Shown piece by piece: positions 41,133 through 54,422 of a stretch of 64,000 bases of DNA. This DNA comes from Octopus vulgaris (lineage: Eukaryota), in NCBI GenBank assembly GCA_951406725.2, contig OX597816.1, positions 44,950,001 to 45,014,000 of the forward strand. The letters run 5' to 3'. Made by a program: the position numbers and the translations under genes. Under the pieces are notes generated by a model, which worked only from the letters and a program-made list of their open reading frames with translations, did no database searches and had not been told where the DNA came from. How positions within the stretch are numbered: the first letter of the stretch is position 1; each line of letters starts with the position of its first letter.

Positions 41133-41136
<4 letters not shown>
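40930..41136 (+). mobile_element. (TA)n-embedded hammerhead element, family H1
   Basis: Inverted homolog of 19894-20101; motif GTTT-CCGACGA-A-GAGCtccGCTC-GAAACGTT-AAAC at 41009-41043 (perfect helix II, U4->C). Confidence 0.75.
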
Positions 41137-41197
<61 letters not shown>

Positions 41198-42676
41198 ATG
41201 TGTGTGTGTGTCTTCAGTCATACTTTTTCAGGCCATCTTTTCCAGTTACGCTAACGATACGAATGTATCATTCGCAAAACAAAAAAGAAAAGAAATATGG
41301 TAGAACTCCCTTTAACAAGAACGGGAGCGATCATTTCATCTTTCTAACGATTATAGGCATTGCTTTCTACTTCAGAGAAGCCTTTTTTTTAGGCGCTGGT
41401 GTGTGTGTGTGTGTGATAAAGATGCTTGTTTTGCAACCGCATGATTTCGGGTTTGATCCCGTTGCGTGGCACCTTAAGCAACTGACTTCTCCTATATCTT
41501 CTAGTCGACAATGCTTTGTGAAAAAGTTTGGTAGACTGAAATTGCGTGGAATCCTGTGGTGGCAACCCCTGTTGTACTCTTTCGCCGCATCTTTCTCTCA
41601 CTCTCTCTTCTTGTTTTTTGTGTAACGCTGCGATGGACTGGCGTCCCTTCCAGCTGAAGGGGAACACAAACGCCACAGAAACCGGGAAACCGGGCCCATG
41701 AGCCTGGCTAGGCTTGAAAAGGGGCGACGTTTTTACGTTTAATCTGGAGTAACAGGCATTTTGATCACAGTGAAAATATTGAGAATGGAGGTAAATGAGC
41801 ACTCTTTACACAACAATATGTGATGTACAATCTTATACGTGCTTAAATTACCATACATTTGGTTTCAGCTGTATTTTTTTTTCTCCTATAACAATTATGC
41901 TGCATGCTTAAATACTGGTATGGCGACATTTTACTGCTACCGTTAAGCGTGTTAAGCTCTTCGTTACTGTTCCTTTACGCAGAACATTGACTCTGGATTC
42001 GATGTGATATAGTTATTATTAGCATTATTAAATCGTTTGGACACTAAAGCATCTCTCCGTGTCGTTTCTGTCTGCATTACAACCATCAGCGCTAAACGTT
42101 CGTTGCATATTCTAATCTTGACCAATAAATCCATCTGTATTAAGTTTTTCACTCAGCCACAAATATCTACAAGACAATAAACACATGTTTTATTAGTAGA
42201 GATACAACGACTTCATTCTGTTTTTTTTTTCTTTTTTCACCAATCTGAAGCTAGCATATAGTTTCATAGCAAATTACTAGTTACAAGAAGCGTAAGAGAA
42301 AATGGAATTATTCTTTGTAGGATAAAACCCAGATGAGATAACGCGAGATCACGTTAGGTAATAACATCGTTTTACGTAACAAAATAGTAATCGAATCTAT
42401 ACCTTATATTGAATCTTAGTTAATCAATTCTTGATCAAACGGATAATATACGTTCATTCTTAATTCATGACTGTTTGAGAGATATAGGAATGACAGACCG
42501 TTTCAGTAATGTTTCTCTTGTTTCAGTTTAGTGGTGGAATCATTAAATGTAAAAACGTCTGAATGTTTTAATTATATGAATAACCGGGTTAAGATACACA
42601 TTCACATATGCGATACATATGTGGGTGCATGTGTGTGCGTGTGTGGTTGTGTGTGTGTGTACGGACGTATGTATAC

Positions 42677-42768
<92 letters not shown>

Positions 42769-42926
42769 AATGAAACAAAATATGGAACAAGAATGTAACA
42801 GGCAACAACAAAGCATTCGGTCAGTCGGATGATACAAAAAAGGAAAGGAAAAAAAAACAAGGACGGGTAATTCGGAGCTTTCAATCTTCAGTCGAGTACC
42901 AAATCCTCTTTGCAGTTTCGGCCGAT

Positions 42927-42993
<67 letters not shown>

Positions 42994-42994
42994 A

Positions 42995-43295
42995 TCACGT
43001 GACCGACCAGGCTAACAGATGTTGCTACACATCGCTGGTCACAATGCGCTTCGCACGCATTGTTTTAGCCTTCAAATGACGCTACCCCCTGGCTAAGTAA
43101 GCAGGCCAACAGAAAAAAAAGTGAGAGAAAGTTGTGGCGAAAAGGTACAGCAGGGATTGCCACCACCCCCTGCCGGAGCCTCGTGGAGCTTTAAGTGTTT
43201 TCGCTCAATATACACTCACAACGCCCGGTCTGGGAATAAAAACCGCGATCCTACGACCACGAGTCAGCTGCCCTAACCACTGGACCATTGCACCT

Positions 43296-43298
<3 letters not shown>
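42995..43298 (-). mobile_element. SINE family C, tail type 2
   Basis: Homologous to 39413-39700. Confidence 0.8.
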
Positions 43299-43345
<47 letters not shown>

Positions 43346-43378
43346 TTACATATATATATATATATATATAAATGCGCG

Positions 43379-43671
43379 AAGGCGTGTGGCTTTGTGGCTA
43401 AGGTATTCGGCTCACGATCATAAGGTCGTGGGTTCAATTCCCGGCGACGCGTTGTGTCCTTGAGCAAGACGCTTAAATTTATGTTGCTCCAGTCCACTTA
43501 GCTGACAAAATTGAGTAGTACCTATATTTCAAAGGGCCAGCGTTGTTACACTTTGTATCACGCTGAATCTTGTGTCTGTGGAGTGTTCCGCCACATGCAC
43601 GTCAATCTCACGTGCAGGCCTGTTCCGTTGACCATATCAACTATCTCCTCGTTGTCGTAACCGACGGAGTG

Positions 43672-43675
<4 letters not shown>
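43379..43675 (+). mobile_element. SINE family D (tRNA-Arg-like head, CORE-like)
   Basis: GGCTCACGATC..GGTTCAATTCCC head; TGTGTCCTTGAGCAAGAC CORE-like motif. Confidence 0.78.
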
Positions 43676-43739
<64 letters not shown>

Positions 43740-43748
43740 GTGTGTGTG

Positions 43749-44085
43749 AAGGCGCATGACTCAGTGGTTAGAGCGTCGAGCTTACGATCGTGAGGTTGTG
43801 AGCTCGAATCCCGGACCGGGCTGCGTGTTATGTTCTTGAACAAGACACTTTATTTCACGTTGCTCCAGTTCACTCAGCTGTAGAAATGAGTTGTGACGCC
43901 ACAGGTGCCAAGCTGTATCGGCCCTTGCCTTTCCCTTGGACAACATCGGTGACGTGGAGAGGGGAGGCCGGTAAGCATGGGCGACTGCTGGTCTTCCATA
44001 AGCAACCTTGCCCGGACTTGTGCCTTGGAGGGTAACTTTCTTGGTGCAATCCCATGGTCTGTGTCATGACCGAAGGGGGTCTCAG
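43749..44085 (+). mobile_element. SINE family D with different tail
   Basis: tRNA-like head; tail 43898-44083 recurs alone at 53419-53597 on the minus strand. Confidence 0.78.
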
Positions 44086-44482
44086 AATGAATATATATAT
44101 ATATATACGTACGTACACCACACACACACATGCATATATGTATAGGTTTATAAATATAATGAGCGTGCGTGTATGTATACATATATGTTTGTATAAGTGT
44201 ATATGAATATGTGTCGAGGGCTCATGGTTTAGTGATTAGGATGTTGCACTCACGATCGCCACATCATATTTTCCAATCCTGGGCCGGGTTGTACGTTGTG
44301 TGTTTGAGCAAAACATTTTATCTCACGTTGATCTTCGATAGCTGGCGTGGGATATATGTTCAGGCAAAGTCGATTCCATCTCTATAAACAAATCATTTGT
44401 ACAGTTTTTCAGTAAGGAATTTAGAACCATCTTCCTCGGACTACGTGGGACTTCTGTCATATGTATGCATGTGTGTGTGTGC

Positions 44483-44524
<42 letters not shown>

Positions 44525-44527
44525 TCA

Positions 44528-44700
44528 CAGAGCGGGTATCCATAAGTCTGAGAAAGAAGTAATTTTTAAGTTTCAGAAATTCTGAAAAATATTTGATATA
44601 ATAAACTTCTTTTTACAGATATATTCTGTCATATATAGGGCTACATGTATTACGAAGCTACATGTATTATAAATTGCGGCATGATTTTACGGACACCCTG
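44528..44700. mobile_element. Tc1/mariner-type MITE, degenerate
   Basis: Imperfect TIRs GGGTATCCATAAG and TTTTACGGACACCCTG. Confidence 0.4.
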
Positions 44701-44728
44701 CATATAAATATATATATATACAAATATA

Positions 44729-44786
<58 letters not shown>

Positions 44787-45590
44787 CACAGGTTGCGATG
44801 GATAAATTGTCGCCATTTAATTTCGTGCCTGCGCATTGTTTGTTTTTGATTTTGTCGACTATACAGTATAGTAGGATCAGCTGGGCACTGTCTGTAATAA
44901 AAAAAAAAAACAGCACCATGACGAAATTCACTCTGCTAGAAATTTAGAAACGACATGATGTACTGCTTGTCGTTCGCAGCGGAATCCCCAATACGAACAC
45001 TTCAGAGTGTTTGGGTGCCAATCTGAGGACATGCACCGAGAGTGATGAAAATCAAACATACAGTCAACATCAAGGTGTTTGGAGTGATTACCAGTGATGG
45101 CGTCGTTATACCTCCTTTCATCTTCCAGCACGACCTTACACTCAACACGGAGGCCTGCATCAAGTGCTTGGCGGAGGTAGTGCTGCTCTGGATGAAGAGG
45201 GTGGCTGCTGCAAGGCCCTATATCTGGCAACAGAACTCTACACCATGCCACACTAGCAAGAGAACTCAGTCATGGCTATCAGGCAATTTCTGCGACCACA
45301 TCACTCCTAACATCTGTCCACCTGCACGCCCCTTGATTTTTATGTGTGGAGAACAGTTGAGTGAGAGAACAACAAAACTCCTTGTAACACTGAAAGATGA
45401 ATTGAAGGCAAGGATTATGGCAGCATTCATCAACTTAAACAAGGAGACCGTCCAGAAAAGTTGCAGGGGATTCCGAAGTCATCTGGAGGCCGTGGTTGAA
45501 ACCAATGGCAATTATATTCAATAAATTTACTCTTGTATTTCAAGATATTTTAATGTAATTTTGATAAATATATCTGTTAAAATGCGTTGT
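44787..45590 (+). mobile_element. Tc1/mariner (maT/DD37D-like) transposon, internally deleted
   Basis: ORF 45042-45524 with VFGVITSDG, PYIWQQNSTPCHTS and ELKARI..FRSHLEAVVETNG; the WPPNSPD region is deleted or frameshifted. Confidence 0.8.
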
Positions 45591-45774
45591 CATACATACA
45601 TACATACATACATACATACAAGACTTCCGAGTGGGGTGGAATTTTGCAAAGTAGAACAAGATTGCCTATGAACCCAATCTGGGAAAAGTCAGGTGTTCAC
45701 AAGTGCCCTCTTTGATTCTCCAGTCCTCAGGCCGATTAATTGGCTGAATTCCACTCTAATATATATCCTGCATG

Positions 45775-46158
45775 TGGAGGCGCAATGGCCCAGTGGTTAG
45801 GGCAGCAGACTCGCGGTCATAGGATCGCGGTTTCGATTTCCAGACCGGGCGTTGTGAGTGTTTATTGAGCGAAAACACCTAAAGCTCCACGCGGCTCCGG
45901 CAGGGGATGGTGGTGATCCCTTGCTGTACTCTTTCACCCCAACTTTCTCTCACTCTTACTTCCTGTTTCTGTTGTACCTGTATTTCAAAGGGCCTGCCTT
46001 GTCACTCTCTGTGTCACGCTGAATATCCCCGAGAACTACGTTAAGGGTACACGTGTCTGTGGAGTGCTCAACCACTTACACGTTAATTTCACGAGCAAGC
46101 TGTTCCGTTGATTCGGATCAACCGGAACCCTCGTCGTCGTAACCGACGGAGTGCTTCC
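45775..46158 (+). mobile_element. SINE family C, full length, with 11-bp TSD
   Basis: ATATCCTGCAT at 45763 and 46159. Confidence 0.9.
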
Positions 46159-46284
46159 ATATCCTGCATACAGATTCTCTCCAACTTACGATTGTTTGGG
46201 TCACGATTTTTCGATGCCACCATACACTCCGATGCATGTTTTGTTGCTTTCCTTTCGCCGCATCGTTTCGTGTCGTTCGTTTCA

Positions 46285-46287
<3 letters not shown>

Positions 46288-46327
<40 letters not shown>

Positions 46328-46466
46328 ATGCGTGTGTGTGTGTGTGCATGCGTGTGAGTGTTTGTGTGTGTGTGCGTGTGTGTGTGTGTGTGTGCATGCG
46401 TGTGTGTGTTTGTGTGTGTGCATGCGTGTGTGTGTGTGTGCATGCGTGTGTGTGTTTGTGTGTGTG

Positions 46467-46501
<35 letters not shown>

Positions 46502-46553
46502 ATGCGTGTGTGTGTTTGTGTGTGTGTGTGTGTGTGCATGCGTGTGTGTGCTT

Positions 46554-46595
<42 letters not shown>

Positions 46596-46645
46596 ATGCG
46601 TGTGTGTGTTTGTGTGTGTTTGTGTGTGTGTGTGTGTGTGTGAGT
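46288..46645. repeat. (TG)n array with periodic CATGCG interruptions
   Basis: Directly visible. Confidence 0.95.
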
Positions 46646-46679
46646 GCACGCGCTAACTCTGAATATTAACCCTAAACAT

Positions 46680-47190
46680 GCCTAACAAGCGTACGAATGT
46701 CTCCTGTTGAGAATGAAAAAACAATAAAAAAAAAAGCAATTTATTTGGGAACAATATTAAGGATAATAACCCAGCATGAAGGCGAAAAATCTCACTGCTA
46801 ATACATGATTTCAATGTGTTCCACTCGACAATTTTTACCATCTTAAAGATTAAGCACCATATTAGTGAAGTGATGTAGTGAAAGTACCTGGGATCCATTA
46901 AATCTACAATCATCGCCAAAATGAAATTAAAAAAAGATTTAGGATAGGAGAAAATGGAAAGGTTATTGGTTACACGGATGGAGGACCAAATTCTAAAAAA
47001 AATGTAATACCGCTCAATCTTTTAACTAAAAATGCTAAAGCAGAGAGTTTGTCTTGAAGCAGTGGAAGAACGTATCAACGATGCCACTAACACACAAACT
47101 TTTGTAGTAAGTCATGGATGGTGTGAGCATTTCAAAAAGTGTCATAATTCCTACAATGTAATGGCTGTATTGATGAACTTTCAGCTACGT
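46680..47190 (+). mobile_element. Tigger/pogo transposase N-terminal remnant
   Basis: MERLLVTRMEDQI and FVVSHGWCEHFKKCHN resemble the CENP-B-type HTH of Tigger transposases. Confidence 0.6.
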
Positions 47191-47221
47191 TTTAAGAAAG
47201 ACTGCATAATAATAATAATAA

Positions 47222-47406
47222 TCTTTTCCAATAAAGGCACAAGGCCTGAAGCTTGCGGGGAGGACACTAGTCGATTACATCGACCCCCGAAAGGATGAAA
47301 GGCAAAATCGACCTCGGCGGAATTTGAACTCAGAACCGATTTAGCGACGGGCGGAAAATGCTAAGCATTTTGCCCGTTATGCTAACGATTCTGCCAGCTC
47401 GCTGCC

Positions 47407-47474
<68 letters not shown>

Positions 47475-47940
47475 CCTTTCTATTATAGGCATAAGGCGTG
47501 AAATTTGATTACTCGACCCCAGTGTTTCACTGGTACTCTATTTATCGACCCGGAAAGGATGAAAAGCAAAATCGATATCAGCAGAGTTTGAACTTAGAGC
47601 ATGAAGACAGACGAAATGCTGCTAAACATTTCGTCCGGCGTGCTAACGATTCTACCTGCTCATCGCATTAATTATAATAATAATCCTTTCTGCTGGGGGA
47701 CACAAGGCCTCAAATTAGGTGGGAAGAGGACTAGTCGATTATATAAACCTCAATGTTTCACTGGTACTTAATTTATCAACCCCTAAAGGATGAAAAGTAA
47801 AGTCGACCTCGGTGGAATTTGAACTCAGAACGTAGCGACGGGTAAAATACTGCTAAGCATTTCCTCCAGGATGTTAATGATTCTGTCAGTCTATGGCCTT
47901 AATAATATCAGTAATCCTCTCTACTATAGGCACAATAAGG
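47222..47940 (-). mobile_element. Tandem cluster of three SINE family A copies separated by TAA runs
   Basis: Cores at about 47290, 47555 and 47785. Confidence 0.82.
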
Positions 47941-47954
47941 TTTGTTTAAGGGAG

Positions 47955-48256
47955 ATGAAAGAAACACGCATGTTTCTACAGGTGAATTATCCAAACCCCA
48001 AAAGTTCCTCTCAACACATGGCTATGATGCTACCCCACTACTTCTGCTCATGATCAGAAATGCACATATCGTCAACCCCCAAGAGACATGCTCAACTGGT
48101 TAAGATCAAACTACTGACAAACAAATCTGTGGTATTGAGCAGAATATTTGCTGCAGACCATCTTTTTTACTAAGACAAAAAAATGTACATGATAACACTT
48201 CCAATCAGTTAAGATAAGAAGTCATGAGAACCAGTGTCTGGTACTGCATCAAGGCA

Positions 48257-48257
<1 letters not shown>
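47955..48257 (-). mobile_element. 5' part of the TAA-associated non-coding element
   Basis: Homologous to 12883-13050; 5' end ATGCCTTGATGCAGTACC emerges from (TAA)n. Confidence 0.62.
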
Positions 48258-48319
<62 letters not shown>

Positions 48320-48342
48320 CATCATTATTATTATTATTATTA

Positions 48343-48373
<31 letters not shown>

Positions 48374-48637
48374 GGATAATAATAACAACAACAACAGGAT
48401 TGAGGTTACTCCTCCAGAAAGTATAGAAGCAAAAAAAGAAGATTGCCATTGTTATTAAGTGAACGAGATTTCAACATCTCGTGTGTCTTCCACACATAAT
48501 TATTACCAAAATGAAGTAGATTGACACGTTTATTTTTTTTTTTTAACCAGTGGAAGACACACGAGATGCCGAAATATCGTTTACATGATAACAATGGCAC
48601 TCTTCTCTTTTGGCTTCTATTATTGTTGTTGCTGTTG

Positions 48638-48701
<64 letters not shown>

Positions 48702-48734
48702 CATCATCATCATCATCATTATTATTATTATTCA

Positions 48735-49110
48735 TATACACTACAGACAGATTAGACTGTTGGAAAAGAAAATTCCTAACATTGGGCTACAACAAGTAAT
48801 CTTAGATGCCAAGAACCCTCTTAATTATCCTAGCTCTCCACTAATAACATTGTTTTATGAAATTGTACTAAACTGCGTTTTATGCCTATTTCCTCTATCC
48901 ATCTGTTCAAATCTTTAGGGATAATTCCTATTGCTCCTATAACTACTGGGATATATTTTACCCGCTCTTTCCATTGTTTCTGTAATTCAATAGCTAGGTC
49001 CTGGTACTTTGCTATTTTTTTCTATACTTCTCTTATTGATTTTTTCCTCATTTGAGACTGTAAACTCAATTATCTAGCACTTTCTATTCTCTTTATTTTT
49101 ATTGTTATTG
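48735..49110 (-). mobile_element. Second Dong/R4-like family, endonuclease C-terminus fragment
   Basis: Minus-strand translation RKC*IIEF..EK/IAKYQDLAIELQKQW..YIPVVIGAIG (one frameshift); ends in (TAA)n on its own strand. Confidence 0.7.
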
Positions 49111-49485
49111 TACATAATACTCCGAGATGTGCTAAAGACAAGTTGACTAGCTGAAACGTTTGATCGAAAGATTCGCATGACAAGGGCTCACTTGGGTCCT
49201 GAACAATGTACGTGCTCACATTACATTACTAAGCGTGCTATAACAGATGGTTAAAAAGTTCGCTTCACAAGCAGTCTGTCTCGTATTCGATTCCCTACTA
49301 TATGATATTTCCGGAAAGTGTCTTTCCCCAAAACTTCGAGTTGCTTGCTCTGTGACTTATGAGTGAAACTTAATGGGCGGAATTTGTGTGGAAGTTCTTT
49401 AGCTGAACCATATAATTCAAAGGGTCCGGCTTTCCCACATTGTATCATTGATTTTACCAGTCAATTTAAATTAAGGATTCGCATA

Positions 49486-49897
49486 GGCGTAGGAGTGGCT
49501 GTGTGGTAAGTAGCTTGCTTACTGACCACATGGTTCAGGGTTCAGTCCCACTACGTGGCACCTTGGGCAAGTGTCTTCTACTATAGCCTCGGGCCGACCA
49601 AAGCTTTGTGAGTGGATTTGGCAGACGGAAACTGAAAGAAGCCCGTCGTATATATGCATATATATGTATGTGTGTGTATGTGTTTGTGTGTCTGTGTTTG
49701 TCCTCCAAACATCGCTTGACAACCGATGCTGGTGTGTTCATGTCCCCGTAACTTACCGGTTCGGCAAAAGAGACCGATAGAATCAGTACTAGCCTTACAA
49801 AGAATAAGTCCTGGGGTCGATTTGCTCGACTAAAGTGGTGCTCCAGCATGGCCATAGTCAAATGACTGAAACAAGTAAAAGAGTAAAGGGTAAAGAG
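49486..49897 (+). mobile_element. SINE family B, full length
   Basis: Family B head, body and tail. Confidence 0.88.
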
Positions 49898-50949
49898 TAT
49901 ATCTGTGCAATGCTCAGTCATTCGGCATTTAAAAAATTAATGAGTAAGTAGCCCGAACTAGAATAACGAAACTGACGGAAATTAGTAGTTTTAGGGTTAC
50001 TTTTTAAATGTGCATCAATGATATATATGAGATTGTTGAGGTTTGAACATGTATACGTGCACGAAACACGGAGACAAGCACCAATGTAAGGTCTGTGTGT
50101 GCAATAGCGTACATACGCGCGCGTCTGTTTGTACGTGTGTATGTGACAGCGTGTACGGATGCGTACATGAGTGTATATGTGCGTGAGTGTGTAAGTGTGC
50201 GATAAAGTATGCATATATATATATTAGCTGATGAACCCGGTAATCCAAATAAATAAGCTCGAAACTTCTTTAATGCGTTCCCAGAGTATATAGAACTTAG
50301 GGGGAAATACTAATAAGGTATGTATACTAAAATCGTGAAGTATGTTACGTAATAACAGGCTAATCAAATATGAGATAATAACAATTCAAAGTAAATAACT
50401 CTGAAAAGGGCTTTTGTGCATTCCCAGAAAATATTACCCTCAAGGGCGCTAGTGTTGGTATATTCGTGAGTAAGTCACTAACCGAAATAAGTGGATCTAT
50501 TGTTTTGGAAAATCTATTCACTTGTTTAAGGGTTGTACTGGATACGTTGCGAAAATAACTAACAGTTCTAATACTAAGAAATAAGCATACTCAATTTCAT
50601 TTTTACCAAATAATTTAGGAAAATGAATGGCTTATTTCCCTTCGCTATATATAAGAATCCCTTCCAGGGGTCCTATCATCGATTTTTTTTTTTTCAAGGA
50701 TGAAAGGCAAAGTCGACCTCGGCGGAATCTGAACTCAAAACGGAACAGCAGACGAAATACCGCTCAGCATTTCGTCCGGCGTTCTAACGATTCTACCAGC
50801 TCGCCGTCTTAATGCACAAGGAATATTGGGTACGCTACAAGACAGGACAATTCAATGTAGAGTTACATAAAGAATCGTGTCAAAAGTGAAAAGAAAAAAA
50901 CAAGAACAAAAATTCCCCAAAAGAGAGACTTCCTGTGGCTACTCGTGGA

Positions 50950-51400
50950 AACCCCACAATATCATGTTCGCCTTAACCACTAGGGCAAGTGCCCTCACAA
51001 CATTGTCTTCCTTCAGTCTACAAGCGCACGCTTAGAGTAGACCCGTTCACTTGGACCATTCTTGCCACGTTTACCCACCTTTCAATAAAATTTCTGGGTG
51101 GCAGCTCCTTCCTTTTCAAGCGAAATTTGCAAAATTTGATGAGGAATAAGCTAAAGAGGAAAGTATCTGTCTTCAGCCCTTTCAGTTTCGTCCACGATAC
51201 ATCTTTCGCTAAGGCACAGGACAAATAAACACAACCTGCCCTTCCCGATCAAAGTGTTCGACGTAAACCCACAAATCAGCAATGCTTTAATTCTTGAGGG
51301 AAACGGGACTGCGTATAAACTGAAGCCGCTTCTTGTTTAACGCTGTGAAGACCAACGTACATGCAAGAATATTAGCAAACCTGTGCTGCTTGATACTTCT
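50950..51400 (-). mobile_element. Probable L1/Tx1-like LINE 3' remnant
   Basis: ALAKDVSWTKLKGL..FIERW resembles the AK..IW..R / F..RW C-terminus of Tx1-type ORF2; weak. Confidence 0.4.
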
Positions 51401-51625
51401 TATCACAATAAAACAGCAAGAATGAGAAACAGGCTTTTGAAACTTCGTTCCTGAATATTTTTCTTCATCAGGTAAGCAAATATTGTAAAACAAAAAAAAA
51501 GGAGAAAATTACATTAAACAATTTATCAATTTCGCATGAATGCTCTAATGCTCTTATTAACCATTAAGCAAAATAAATACGTGCTTAGGGCCAATGGAAA
51601 CATGTTTCTAACATGTTGCTAACAT

Positions 51626-51887
51626 CAGCACTGGATTAACAATATGTAGAAAGGAGCATGGGCTTAGGGCTCGAGGGAAGGAGGAGCACTACAGAAATGG
51701 TAAGTGGTTTACAGCACAAATGAAATCATTTTAAACTAGCAGAAATAATATCCGAAGTTGTTCATATAGTCAGAAATATGATTTCGAAATGATCATGGTG
51801 TCAGCGTGAGAATTTGAATTACATATATACGAGGGCCACCAAAGTCTTTTAATCGCTTAGGCCTTTATGGGCTTTAATCCGGCCCTG
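51626..51887. mobile_element. hAT-like MITE with a partial duplication of its right end (about 51908-51962)
   Basis: TIRs CAGCACTGGATTAA and TTAATCCGGCCCTG; internal GCTTAGGGC repeats; no TSD seen. Confidence 0.5.
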
Positions 51888-51989
51888 CCCTGGTATTATT
51901 CATTATAGGAGGCACCAAAATCTTTTAAGTGCTTAGGGCCTCTATGAGTCTAAATCCGGCCTTTCTTTTATATAATTCATAACATCTCA

Positions 51990-52640
51990 GCAATTTTAAT
52001 CCTTATACAAAAAAATTAAATTATTGTATTCCCAAATACGACGCCACAAGTCCGGCCGAAGGATCAGGGGTTATATACATTCTCAAAGCAAATTATTAGT
52101 AAATTATTGCCGAATTGATTTACTGATACAACAATCCATGGCACTTTACTCTGTGGGTTTGGAAACCATACGATAATTTGAGTGCAATTAGGCACATTAG
52201 TAAAGCCTTGGAAGAAGTCACAAAAGAATGCATTTAACGATAACCGAGAACAAATATGTGAACACCTTCATAGGTATTCATACTGATAAAATTGTAAGTG
52301 GCATTCGTGGGAAAACTGGAGTGTTTGTAAAACGGGTTGGACCTTGAAGTGTTCGAAGATCACGTTGAACAGTTTATAGCGGACAAAAGCGAAGATTTGA
52401 CGATCGACGAGTTGATAGAGTAGGAAAAGGAAAACAATAAGAAGAGAGGAGGCTGATGATGAAGTATTAAATGCATCATTGAAATTTACAACCAAACGGC
52501 TGGCAGAGGGATTTGCAGCACTTGATAAAGCAATACAAATATTCCGAGTAATGGATTTTAATGATAAGAGATTTTGACGGCTTAAGAATGCTGTCTTGCT
52601 ATAAAAGAAATATATTATGGTATTATGGAAAGAAGAAGCA
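51990..52640 (+). mobile_element. Tigger transposase DDE/C-terminal remnant
   Basis: PNTTPQVRPKDQGVI (cf. PNTTSLIQPMDQGVI), ALEEVTKECI and KFTTKRLAEGF. Confidence 0.65.
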
Positions 52641-52657
52641 TTCTATTCATTCTTTGA

Positions 52658-52707
<50 letters not shown>

Positions 52708-52948
52708 TGTGTTTAAAGACCTCGCCTTTTCGTCCTCTCCTAAGGTCTTTAATGCACGTTACAAAGACTGTGTCTTTAACAAGTTTTGCTATCTCACATG
52801 CCCCTGATGACTCTTATTGCCCTATTCCTCTAATCAACTCTTCGTTTTCTTCCTCCGGCTATAGTAGCCCTACATCTCCATCACCTTCAATCAAATATTA
52901 GATAAATTACATATTTTATTATTTTATGTTCAATATTTCTGTATATGT

Positions 52949-53385
52949 AAGGCGGTGAGCTAGCAGAGCCGTTAGTACGCCGGGCAAAATGTTTAACGGC
53001 ATCTCATCTGTTTTCACAATTTGAGTTCATATTCCACCGAGGTCGACTTTACTATTTACCTTTCGGAGTCAATAAAATAAATACCAGCTGAATAATGGGC
53101 TCGATGTCATCGACTTACTCCCTCCCTTCGAATTTGCTAACCTTGATCCAAAATTTGAAATCAATATTTCTCTACATGAAGGCAATAGGCTGGCAGAATT
53201 CTTAGAACGACCGGTGAAATGCTTAACGGCATTTCATTCGTCTGTATGTTCCCGAATTCAAATTTCGACGGAGCTGGGTTTTGCTTTTCATCCTTTTGGG
53301 AACGATACTAGTTGAGTACCCTAGTAATCGACTTAACCCACCCTAAAATTTCTGGCCCTGTACCAGAATTTGAAACCAATATTTC
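52949..53385 (+). mobile_element. Two tandem SINE family A copies
   Basis: Target-like CAATATTTCT(G/C)TA occurs before, between and after the copies. Confidence 0.72.
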
Positions 53386-53700
53386 TGTATATGTATATAA
53401 AGCTTTATTTCTACTGATTGAGACCCCCTTCGGCCATGACTGACCGTGGGATTGCACCTAGAAAGTTACCCTCCCAGGTACAAGTCCGGGCAAGGTTGTT
53501 TATGGAAGACCATCAGTCGCCCATGCATACCGGCCTCCCCTCTCCACGCCACCAGTGTTATCCAAGGGAAAGGCAACGGCCGATACAGCTTGGCACATTT
53601 CTACATTACACAAAATATAATTTATTTCTATATTACACAAAATATTAAATTTCCAGGTCAGATTATTTAGTCAATCACACAGGAGATGTACTCAAATATA

Positions 53701-54374
53701 TGAGGGAAAGCCAAAAATTATCTGCACTTTCGCCATGACATATCTTTATTGTCACACTGCCTTCTGCGCATGCGTGCTTATAGTTGATAATATTGTAGTC
53801 ACGTAATCGAAGTTTGAGTCTGACCGAACCATTTTTCTTTTTGGTTTTACAGTGTAAGCATGGTCGCTCCACAGGCAATGTGCACCAAGGTAAAACAAAG
53901 ATCGGTGATCCGATTTCTTTGGGCGGTAGGTGTGTCAGGTGCTGAAATTCATCAGGCTTTTAGCACAATTGGTTAATGGTTTCAACGGTCTGGGCGGCCG
54001 TATGTGGGCGTGAATTGTCATGCAGCAACAAAACTTTCTTCGACCGCAGGCCTCAGCGTTTGGTGCGAATTGCTGGCTTCAGTTTGTTGACCAGCAAAGC
54101 ACTGTATCTTGCATTGTTGATTGTACACCCGTTTTCCAGCACCTGACACCTTCCGACCAGAGAAATTGTATCACTACGCTTTGTTCTTCTTTAGTGCACA
54201 TTGCTAGTGGAGCGGCTATGCTTGCACCGTAAAACCGGAAAGAAAAATGACGCAATCTGGCTCAAACTACGATCACGTGACGACAATAATACCAACTATA
54301 AGCACGCATGTGCAGAAGGTAGTGTGACAATAATAAAGATATGTTATGGCAAAGTGCGGATAATTTTTGACTTC

Positions 54375-54378
<4 letters not shown>
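53701..54378. mobile_element. Mariner-derived element with two 5' ends (long inverted arms)
   Basis: Termini GAGGGAAAGCCAAAAATTATC and GATAATTTTTGACTTCCCC; both arms run into the transposase start (MVAP..QRSVIRFLW); centre carries LLHDNSRPHT on the minus strand. Confidence 0.8.

Positions 54379-54422
<44 letters not shown>

Noticed and set aside
42860-42900. CUGAAGA..CCGAAU on the minus strand
   Set aside because: GAAA box broken and no clear helix I.
43750-43820. tRNA-Arg-like gene
   Set aside because: Head of a SINE; acceptor stem not closed and it continues into a CORE-like body.
48235-48257. Faint resemblance of the element's 5' end to the U2 snRNA 3' stem (TGCAGTACC)
   Set aside because: Only about 9 matching bases; not significant.
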